Assembly: GCF_000092105.1 (NCBI RefSeq)
Contig: NC_014148.1
Location: 1,440,001-1,472,000, forward strand
DNA: 32,000 bases
DNA from: Planctopirus limnophila DSM 3776
GTDB lineage: Bacteria; Planctomycetota; Planctomycetia; Planctomycetales; Planctomycetaceae
Reading direction: 5' to 3'
Numbering within the stretch: the stretch's first letter is position 1; each line of letters starts with the position of its first letter. Shown one piece after another: positions 17,183 through 25,700 of this stretch. Under the pieces are notes generated by a model. It searched no databases. It had not been told where the DNA came from and saw only the letters and a list, made by a program, of their open reading frames with translations. The translations under genes and the position numbers were made by a program.

Positions 17183-18268
17183 TCAAACCTTCTCCGACAG
17201 AATCAAGTGGCCATGTGCTGATGTCGGAATGCAATCCACGTATTTTAAATCAGCCCCAGCGATCCAGCCACGATATTCTTCCAGACTGTAGGCCCGGCCT
17301 TCCGTCAGCGAAAAAAGCGCCAGCGAATAGAGGGCAATTTCCAGCGGGCCCGTCAAATCGCTGTTTAACAGCACATCATGAATCAGCAGGCGGCCACCTT
17401 CCGGCAATCCGGAAGTGGCCTTCGCCACCAGACGAGCACACTGGGGGCGATCCCAATCGTGCAGCACATTCGAGAGCAATATGTCGTCAGCCGGTGGGAA
17501 GGGATCGACCCACATATCCCCGGCATGCAATTCCAATCGATCGCGAACCCCCGTTTGTTCCGCCAACTCAGCGGCTATTTTCAGCACTTCGGGGCGATCA
17601 AAAATGATGCCTCTCCAGGTGGGGTACTTCTGCAGAACTGCCATAGTGTAAATCCCACTGCCGCCAGCAACATCCAGCAGAACTCGACCAGAACTGCCAG
17701 AATTGTCTTTGAGAATTTTTCCAGGTTGGCCTGCGGGAAGAACATCTGCAAACCGGGGAGCTACGTTCCACGCCCGGCCGGCCAGAGACAACGTCAAAAA
17801 CCGGGCGGAGTCTTCGCGATCCATGGCCGATTCGGAACCCTCACGAAAAATAAAAGCGGCCCCCTGTTCACTCTCCGCTCCTTCAGGCCGGTCGGACTTC
17901 AATCTTTCCACCAATGCCAGTGTGCCAGCTGATTGTGCGGCCAGCGAAATGTAGCCACCCACACTGAAGGGGCTGGTAGTGACCAGATGATTTCTTGCCA
18001 GAGGTGTCAAGTCGATCTCGCCAGCCAGACGTTTGGTGAGCAGTTGCATGGCACAAAGGCCGGTGACAAGCACCTGTGTCGCTCGCTCGGACAGAACCAG
18101 GCGCCTCTGCAATTCGTCCAACGACAAAGGACTCTCGTTCAAAATGTCAAACACATGCAAATGGGCGACGGAAGCTGCCAGAAGTTCTGTCGCGAAGTTG
18201 CCTCGAAAGAGATCAAAAATCGGCGTGACATCTGTCGGTGGAAACCGTAGTGCATCTTTCACTGCCAT
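17183..18268 (-). CDS. class I SAM-dependent O-methyltransferase (Methyltransf_2 / COMT-like, with N-terminal dimerisation domain)
   Basis: 361 aa. The SAM motif I is LLDVAGGSGIYTMAVL. Downstream motifs are IIFDRPEV and the LSNVLHDW motif typical of family-2 O-methyltransferases. A GGAG SD lies upstream of the ATG at 18268. Confidence 0.85.
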   Translation of the reverse strand: MAVKDALRFPPTDVTPIFDLFRGNFATELLAASVAHLHVFDILNESPLSLDELQRRLVLSERATQVLVTGLCAMQLLTKRLAGEIDLTPLARNHLVTTSPFSVGGYISLAAQSAGTLALVERLKSDRPEGAESEQGAAFIFREGSESAMDREDSARFLTLSLAGRAWNVAPRFADVLPAGQPGKILKDNSGSSGRVLLDVAGGSGIYTMAVLQKYPTWRGIIFDRPEVLKIAAELAEQTGVRDRLELHAGDMWVDPFPPADDILLSNVLHDWDRPQCARLVAKATSGLPEGGRLLIHDVLLNSDLTGPLEIALYSLALFSLTEGRAYSLEEYRGWIAGADLKYVDCIPTSAHGHLILSEKV

Positions 18269-18336
18269 GCCGAACTCCAGTATTCCATGATCAACTCAGG
18301 TTGTGATTTTGTCGACTGCAAAAGCAGGTCTGCGCA

Positions 18337-19722
18337 TTACAAGCCCATCAAGGCTCGGGCAATTTGAGGGACATCGAGCAGACTCCAGTTCTCAGAGCGA
18401 ATGTCTGGTCTGGAAGCAATCATGACCGGCCCTTCCGCGGGTTCGCGGCCTTTCGTCGCGAGCCTTCCATGCGAACCCTTAACGATGGAGGCATCCAGTC
18501 CGATCACGTCCATGTAGTAACGAAAGCCCAGTTTTTTCTGGAGCAGACGCCGGATGATGCGCAGCTTCGGGAACTTTAGTTGCGGATCGAGCAGCAGTTC
18601 TGTGGGGTCGTAACCAGGTTTACGATGGATGTCGATCGTGCGGGCATAATCCGGTGCCAGATGATCATCGAGCCAGAAATAGTACGTGAACCACGCCTGT
18701 GGTGCGGCAATCGCCACCAGTTCGCCAGAGCGTTCGTGGGCGATTCCCAACTCGACTTTACCCGCTTCGTCTAACACGCGCTCAATGCCTTCAGTCTGCT
18801 CCAGAAGTTTTTTGACTCTCGGGATATCCGACGCGTCTCGAACGTAGACATGGGCCACCTGATGATCACTGACAGCAAATGCCTGCGAAGCGCCACAATC
18901 GAGGGTTTCATATCCTAATGGCTCGCGGCGAGCGACCAGCAGGCCAGCCTCTCGGAGCACACGATTGATGTGCACAGGTTTTGACACTTCCGTAATCCCG
19001 TACTCCGAGACAACCAGAATTTCGGCACCAGATTCTCGGGCAGCCTCGATGACACGTCCCGCTTCGAGGTCGACTTCTTGCAAAGCTTTCTGAATGCGAG
19101 GATCGTGCGGGCCATATCGCTGGAGGTCGTAATCCAGATGGGGCAGATAAACCAATGTCAGTGACGGTCGATAACTCTTCATCACTTCGATGGAGGCTGT
19201 GGCAATCCAGCGGGAACTTTCGATTCCCGCCATTGGCCCCCAGAAGGATTGCAAAGGGAAGACCCCCAGTTTGCTCTGGAGAACATCGCGCAGTTCCGTG
19301 GGATGCGAATAGGAATCGAAGATTTTACGACCATCGGCCGGGTAGCTGGGCCGGGGAGTCATCGAGAACGCGACTGGTGCATACATGTTGTACCACCAGA
19401 ACATTTTGGCGGTGGTCAGGCCCGGATCAATCGATGTCAACTGCTCGTAAAGTTTTGTCCCTTGTATCAATCGATTGGATTGCAGCCAGAGGCGCACTTC
19501 ACTGGTGTCGCGAAAGTACCATCCATTGGCCACAATCCCATGCTGCGTCGCAGTTGTACCTGTGAGCATCGAGGCCTGTGCCGTGCAGGTGACTGCCGGA
19601 AAAACTCCGCTGGCGGGCGCTGCTGTACCGGCTTTGGCAAGTGCCGTAAGGTGTGGCGTGTGCTGACCCAGATGTTCGTATGTCAGACCCACCACATTGA
19701 TGATCACCAGCGGCTGAGGCAT
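18337..19722 (-). CDS. alkaline-phosphatase-superfamily nucleotide pyrophosphatase/phosphodiesterase (NPP-type) protein
   Basis: The start is the ATG at 19722 (MPQPLVIINVVGLTYEHLG). The Thr-nucleophile context FPAVTCTAQASMLTG parallels the NPP motif PTKTFPNHYSIVTG. Metal-ligand-like segments are YLPHLDY and SDHQVAHVY. An alternative ATG at 19797 would overlap the upstream gene by 10 nt. The GTG/TTG-extended ORF reaching 19980 overlaps the hydrolase heavily. Confidence 0.82.
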   Translation of the reverse strand: MPQPLVIINVVGLTYEHLGQHTPHLTALAKAGTAAPASGVFPAVTCTAQASMLTGTTATQHGIVANGWYFRDTSEVRLWLQSNRLIQGTKLYEQLTSIDPGLTTAKMFWWYNMYAPVAFSMTPRPSYPADGRKIFDSYSHPTELRDVLQSKLGVFPLQSFWGPMAGIESSRWIATASIEVMKSYRPSLTLVYLPHLDYDLQRYGPHDPRIQKALQEVDLEAGRVIEAARESGAEILVVSEYGITEVSKPVHINRVLREAGLLVARREPLGYETLDCGASQAFAVSDHQVAHVYVRDASDIPRVKKLLEQTEGIERVLDEAGKVELGIAHERSGELVAIAAPQAWFTYYFWLDDHLAPDYARTIDIHRKPGYDPTELLLDPQLKFPKLRIIRRLLQKKLGFRYYMDVIGLDASIVKGSHGRLATKGREPAEGPVMIASRPDIRSENWSLLDVPQIARALMGL

Positions 19723-19787
19723 AGGAGATGACTTTGTCCTGGCGGAAAGACTGGCGGATTCGAACAACAGACGACTTTCGAGACTGT

Positions 19788-20585
19788 TTACCGACATCTT
19801 TGAAAGTGGCTGAGCAGTGCTTCGTTCACTGCCACTGGTTTTTCCAGTGGAGAGAGATGCCCGGCATCGGCAATTGTGACGAACTGTGAGCCGGGAATAT
19901 CGCGAGCCATTTCCGCCATCCCTTGTGGTGGTGTGATCTTGTCCTCGGAACCGGCCACGACGAGCACAGAAACGGAGCATTTGGCCAGTAGTTCTGTCGA
20001 GTCTGGTCGACTGGCCATGGCCCGCTGGGCGACAGCCAAACCACGGGCGGCCTGTGAGATCATCAGATCACGCACAAAATCAAAGAGTGCCGGCCGGTCT
20101 TCGTTGACATCCGGCGCCATCACGATCGGCATCATGGCCTCGGCAGCCACCCGGCTGCCTTCGACCAGCAGTTTATCAGCCATGGCCAACCGCTTCTGGG
20201 CAGCTTCGGCGGAATCGGCTTCACGTTTCGTATTGAGCAGTGCCAGCGAACGGATTCGATCAGCCGCCTGGCGCAACATCCCCATGGCGATGTACCCTCC
20301 CATGGAGAGACCCGCCACATGAACAGGTTGCTGCGGGGCAATGACATCCAGAAGGGCAAAGGTGACGATCGCATAGTCATCGATCGACAGGCTATCTTTC
20401 GCCAGCGAAGTCTGCCCGAAGCCGGGAAAATCGGGGACGATCAACTGATGATTCGCTGAAAGCGGCACCATCTGCTCGCGCCACATGCGATGAGTCAAAG
20501 GGAAGCCGTGCAGCAGAACAACGGGCGGCCCTTCACCTTGAACGACAGCAAAGACTCGACCGGCAGTTGTTTCAAAATAGGGCAT
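19788..20585 (-). CDS. alpha/beta-fold hydrolase
   Basis: 265 aa. It has the HGFP oxyanion motif (VVLLHGFPLTHRMW), the nucleophile elbow GLSMGG and a C-terminal AGHLSPLE (catalytic His). Confidence 0.88.
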   Translation of the reverse strand: MPYFETTAGRVFAVVQGEGPPVVLLHGFPLTHRMWREQMVPLSANHQLIVPDFPGFGQTSLAKDSLSIDDYAIVTFALLDVIAPQQPVHVAGLSMGGYIAMGMLRQAADRIRSLALLNTKREADSAEAAQKRLAMADKLLVEGSRVAAEAMMPIVMAPDVNEDRPALFDFVRDLMISQAARGLAVAQRAMASRPDSTELLAKCSVSVLVVAGSEDKITPPQGMAEMARDIPGSQFVTIADAGHLSPLEKPVAVNEALLSHFQRCR

Positions 20586-20861
20586 GTTGGTGCAATCCCT
20601 GTTCCCTGAGTGCAGGCTTTCAATGAGTCATTACAGTCTATGCTCCAAGGGAACCCCGGCAAAGTGTCCGGCCGAATGGATCGTGCGGGAATGGAGGAAA
20701 TGGTCACAGCCCGCCGACCTGCGCGTGCCGCGTAAACTGCAACCAATGTGCGTTGAGAAACCACTTCCACAGAAGATGTGATCAGAGTGCTGGCTGCCGA
20801 ACGTCTTTACTACGTACAGAAAACAACATGTAACACGGACTCCAATAATCAACTTCGCGGC

Positions 20862-20945
20862 GGGTGGCTGGGGTTGAGTCTTCGAACCCCCAGCACTCTT
20901 CGGCACGGACTGGGGGTTCGCGAAGACGCACAACCCCAGCCACCC
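20862..20945. repeat. 84-nt extended extragenic hairpin (30 paired bp)
   Basis: Hand-paired as follows: 20862-20876 pairs perfectly with 20931-20945 (15 bp); 20878-20883 pairs with 20922-20927 (6 bp); 20884-20892 pairs with 20911-20919 (9 bp). There is a 2-nt bulge and an 18-nt loop. No U-tract is present on either strand. Confidence 0.55.
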
Positions 20946-20987
20946 CCTACCAAAGAGCGCAGTTGAATACTGGAATCCGTATAAAAT

Positions 20988-21025
20988 GAAAAAGGGCGGC
21001 TCACTCTCGATGAAGTGAGCCGCCC
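20988..21025 (-). terminator. rho-independent terminator after the DUF1501 gene
   Basis: A 12-bp perfect stem gggcggctcact (20994-21005) / agtgagccgccc (21014-21025) is followed on the minus strand by TTTTTC. Confidence 0.7.
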
Positions 21026-21095
21026 TGAATCTGAACCATCACGCAACTGTGGAAACACTCGCGTGAATGTTCTCGCTTGTTACGTGTGTCAGGTT

Positions 21096-22568
21096 TTACA
21101 CGAAGAGTGAGGTAATGGCCTGGGCCTTGACCAACTCTCGTGGCTGGTTCAGGTGATTGTAGACGATCGTTTCCGGATGGATGCCAAACGAGTGGTAGAT
21201 CGTGGCCAGAAGTTCTGCCGGATGAACGGGCGACTTGCTGGGGGCTGATGCCGTTTTATCACTTTCGCCATAGACGGCTCCTGGCGTAATACCTGCACCG
21301 GCCACCATGGCGGTATAGCAATAAGGCCAGTGATCGCGACCATCAGCACTGTTACCGTTACCGGACGTGCTGACGCCCTTTTGCGGGCTGCGACCGAACT
21401 CACCGACAGCGACCACGAGGGTTTCGTTGAGCAATCCACGCTGATCGAGATCGGTAATGAGACCTGACAGACCGGCATCGAACATGGGGCCGGACTGTTT
21501 TTTCATGCGATCTGTCAAACCAACGTGATGATCCCACGAGTGATTATCGCTGTTCGCCACTTTCGGCCAGACCACTTCGACCACACGGGTCCCGGCTTCA
21601 ACCAGGCGGCGAGCCAATAGCAGGCTTTGACCGAAGGTGTTGCGTCCATAGAGATCGCGGGTAGCATCGTCTTCGGTGGAAATAGCGAATGCTTCCCGGG
21701 CGCGGCCGGAGATAATCAGACCGAGAGCCTGATCGTAGTATTCACCCAGTTTGTAGTCGGCGACGGCTTCATCCATGCGGGGCATGAGTGAATTGATCTG
21801 TTCACGGAGGCGTGCCCGCCGTTCGAGACGTGTCGCATAAACTTCGGGCCGCAATTGCAGATCGTCAATCCGAATACGCTCCATCTTGGCCATGTCCATG
21901 TCGTCGCCATCGGGATAGAGCGTGTAAGGATCGTAGGCTTTGCCCAAAAAGCCAGCCGTGCCTCCTTTGCCGACGACGTTACTTTCCTGAAGTGGTCTGG
22001 GGAGCATGACGAAGGGAAGCATCTGCTCTTTGGGTGGTTTCAAGCGGATGATGTTGGAGCCAAAGTTAGGAAAATCCTTGGGCGAAGGAGGTTCCAACTG
22101 GCCTGAAGGACTGACTTTATCTGTCGTGTAGCCAGTCATCATCTGATAAATGGCGGCGGTGTGATTGAAGAGGCCATTGGGCGTATAGCTCATCGACCGG
22201 ATCAATGTGAATTTGTCATTCACCTGGGCCAGTTTGGGCAGAATCTCGGTGAATTTGACGCCTGGCAGTTTGGTCGAAATGGGGGCAAACGCACTGCGGA
22301 CATTATCGGGAACATTTTCCTTGGGATCCCACAGGTCGAGATGACTCGGGCCCCCTTGAAGATAGACCAGAATAATGCTTTTGGCTTTGTTCCAGCCCGG
22401 GCCACCGGTGGCGAGAGCCGAATCATTGGCCTGTGCCTTGAGGCCCAGCATCTGACCGAGTGAAAGACCAAACAGGCCAGTACCGCCCACACGCAGCAAA
22501 GCGCGACGCGAAACCCCGAGATGGGGATCGCACATATCTTTTCCAGCTTGACCGGGGATAACTAACAT
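21096..22568 (-). CDS. DUF1501 protein (sulfatase/alkaline-phosphatase-like) with Tat signal
   Basis: The twin-arginine signal is [32 protein letters not shown]1501 hallmarks are [29 protein letters not shown] and GRDHWP. An alternative ATG is at 22535. Confidence 0.9.
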   Translation of the reverse strand: MLVIPGQAGKDMCDPHLGVSRRALLRVGGTGLFGLSLGQMLGLKAQANDSALATGGPGWNKAKSIILVYLQGGPSHLDLWDPKENVPDNVRSAFAPISTKLPGVKFTEILPKLAQVNDKFTLIRSMSYTPNGLFNHTAAIYQMMTGYTTDKVSPSGQLEPPSPKDFPNFGSNIIRLKPPKEQMLPFVMLPRPLQESNVVGKGGTAGFLGKAYDPYTLYPDGDDMDMAKMERIRIDDLQLRPEVYATRLERRARLREQINSLMPRMDEAVADYKLGEYYDQALGLIISGRAREAFAISTEDDATRDLYGRNTFGQSLLLARRLVEAGTRVVEVVWPKVANSDNHSWDHHVGLTDRMKKQSGPMFDAGLSGLITDLDQRGLLNETLVVAVGEFGRSPQKGVSTSGNGNSADGRDHWPYCYTAMVAGAGITPGAVYGESDKTASAPSKSPVHPAELLATIYHSFGIHPETIVYNHLNQPRELVKAQAITSLFV

Positions 22569-22701
22569 GGCGAGGTGCCCATAAAAAGTTGCAGGTTCAA
22601 AAGTTTATTCGAAGTCGTTCTTTGGATGATCGACCCAGTGTGCTCGTTCTCAGTTCGTGAAACTCAATCTCTCGACTGACACTGGGAAAACCTAATCTTG
22701 T

Positions 22702-25700
22702 CTAGTGGTTAAACAGAAACTCGGGACTGTTAATGAGAGCCCAGGCGACATCCTGCACCATCGTCAACCGGAGATTTTCCAGTTGCTTTGTACTCATCTC
22801 TTTATCTGTGCGGCGTGAGACGAGCAGACGATCTTCCGGGATGGGCTGTTTCGCTGTCGCGACGGCCTCCTGAAGTGCGACATGCCTGGGATCAGGTGGT
22901 AATGGAGAACTTAGCCTGGCAATTTCGGTTTCAATTTTCCGAAGTCCTTCATCCTGAGCGATGATGAATTCTTCGAGGGCGGCCTGCATTTCTGGTGTAC
23001 GAGCTTCTGGATTCAACACGGCCATTTCGACCAGAGGCGGCAAGCCCACCTGAAGCGGAACGGAGGCGGTCGTGAGCGAGATCCGGAATCGGCCCAAGGC
23101 GTGCAAACCATCGGTGTAACGCTGATCGAGCAGGAACGTCAGTTGAGTGCCGGCTTCAAAGTCGATGGGCTGATCGAATTCGAAGGTGGCCCAGTGAGTT
23201 TTGCCGACTTGAGGATGAATGGCCCAGCCATTGTTGTTGGGGTTCCGTTTACCGTCGAAGGCGGTTTCTACCGCATAATTCTCCTGTGAGAAATCGGCGA
23301 CGGCCCGCTTGAGTTTGAGCTTCTTCTTTTGCTTCGGTTTATCGAGCGGTGCCGCTTCGACTTCGATTTCTGTCAGGACAAAGTTGCCGCCGGGGGCCAG
23401 ACCCGGGCCGCGCGAAGGAAGTCTGACATCCGTCAACGCTTCGAGGCGGAAGCCGGTAATACCGCGCACCTGGGTCTCTGCCACAATGGTGTAGAGGTGG
23501 TTATTGCCGGGCTTGCTCTCAGCGAGAATCGATTGATCAGGCTGGATGGTGAGCGAGGCATTCAGGCTCGATTTGGCCTCTTTAGGGACAACTGTGTGCC
23601 ATGCCGGCGATAGCTGTTCGATGGGAACTGGTGATTTCCACTCTTTCACGAGCGTTTCTTTCAATTCTTCACGGCGTTTCTGGCTGGCCTCCTGTTGTTG
23701 AGCCAAAGTCTGCTGTCTCTGCTGTTCCTCCTGCATGCGCTTCGGGAGAAACTCTGCTTCAAAGCTCTGCAACTCCTTTTCGGCCAGTGCCAGGCGTTCA
23801 AGACGCTGGGCTTCCAGACGGGAGAAGATTTCTTTCCACTGGGCTTCGCGCTGCTGATAAAGCGTTTCCACCTTGCGATGATCACCCGCAATCTGGTTCA
23901 TGCTCTCGACAGCTGCATTGACTTCGGCATCTGTGGCAGGGCGTCCGACCATTCTGAGGAAAACTTCATTGATCAGTTGCTTGTCATCGGTGATCTGCTG
24001 TGTGAGTTTGGCCAGTTCGTTGGCAGGATCTTCGACCGCTTCGGCCACTGTGGGACCACTGATGAGTGCCATGACAGGTCCTAACTGCAACCCGCTGCTC
24101 CGTTCGCATTCACAGGCACTTTCACGAGTGGGGCGACCAAAAGTATTGAGGAAACCACTGGGTAATTCGACTCCTGAATCGGGAAGTGCAGCGGCCCGTG
24201 CTCCTGCCGGCACACCAGGAAACTTCGATACGGCCCCGGTCCCGCGGAAGATCGAATCAAAGAGGACTTCTGCAGGAAGACGGCGAGCCATGGCGTGCGA
24301 GTAGTTGATTTTGTCGTCTTCGTTCCATTTGTTGGCATCGACAGAAAGCTGGTATGTGCGCGATTTGCAGATCAGCCGCATCATGTGCTGAGTGTCGAAA
24401 CCGTGCGTGAGGAACTCGCGAGTGAGCTCATCGAGCAGTTCGGGATTACTCGGCGGGTTTCCGGCGCGAATATCATCAATCGGTTCAATGATCCCGACAC
24501 CCAGCATGTAACCCCACAAACGGTTGACATAGCTTTTCGCGAAGTAGCGGTTGTCTGTGGACGTCATCCAGCCGGCCAGCTGCTCCCGACGCGATGCCTG
24601 CTCGGGCAAGTTGGCATTCACTTCGTAAGGGAAGCGAGGTGGTGCCACCGCCTTGGTGCGATCATGTATCACATCGCCTGAGGACTTGTCTTTGATGATC
24701 TCGTAAAGAGGTGTGGCCCCTTCGACGGCTGTTCCACCAATGCGGCGATCTCCCGAGGCAGGATCTCGTTCGCGATCAATCTGGGCGAAATAAGCAGCCG
24801 TTTCGTAATACTGATCCTGAGTCCATTTTTCGAAGGGATGGTCGTGGCATTTGTTGCAGTTGAAGCGAATCGCCAGGAACAAATGGGTGGTGTTCTCCAT
24901 AGCATCTTCGGGAGTCCGCAGGATCTTGAAGTATGAGGCTGCGGGCTGGTCTTTGTTTGAACCTTGCGCGGTCAAAACTCTGCGGGCGAACTCGTCATAA
25001 GGGAGATTGCCAGCCACCTGTTCCCGAATCCATTGCCGATAGGCGGCCGCACCTTCGGCTCCGAGGAACTTGCGATTCACCTGCAGTAAATCGGCCCATT
25101 TGTTGGTCCAGAATTCGACATAGTCCGGGCTCCCGACAAGTTGATCGACCACTTCGTCGCGTTTGACACGCGTGGGCCTGGGATCTGCCAGGAAAGACCT
25201 GACTTTGTCAGCCGTGGGTGGCAGGCCCGTCAGGTCAAGATTGACCCGGCGGAGAAATTCAGCATCTGAGCAGAGCCCGCTGGGCTGAATCTTCATTCGC
25301 CCCCACTTGTTGGCCACGAGTTCATCAATGCGACCCCAACTTTCAGGCGTTTGCCAGGCAAATCCAGTGCGATCCCCCATCACGGTGAGCGTCGTTGCGG
25401 CGTAAGCGCCTTCAAAGCGGGCGAGAATGGGAGCTTCACCCCGGCGCAGAGATGTCAACAGGCCCGAACGGCTGGCGGTCGCCACCTCCATATTGCCCGT
25501 CTCAATAAATGACTCGCGAGTCACATCCCGCCGTGCTCCATCGGCATAGGTGGCCATGACACGGAACTGTTGCTGCCCGCCCACTTTCTGGATGATAGGA
25601 TTCTCGGGCTCCAGACTGATAGAGGTCACTCGCGGCGTCGAGAGATTGAGTTTGGCACCCTGAGCGATCCAGCTTTCGATAATGGAGTAATAGATCTCGT

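Noticed and set aside
19723-19980. An N-terminal extension of the NPP-type gene overlapping the hydrolase gene by up to 193 nt.
   Set aside because: The extension is Arg/Ser/Cys-rich junk-like sequence. The conserved family N-terminus (PLVIINVVGLT) begins right after the ATG at 19722.
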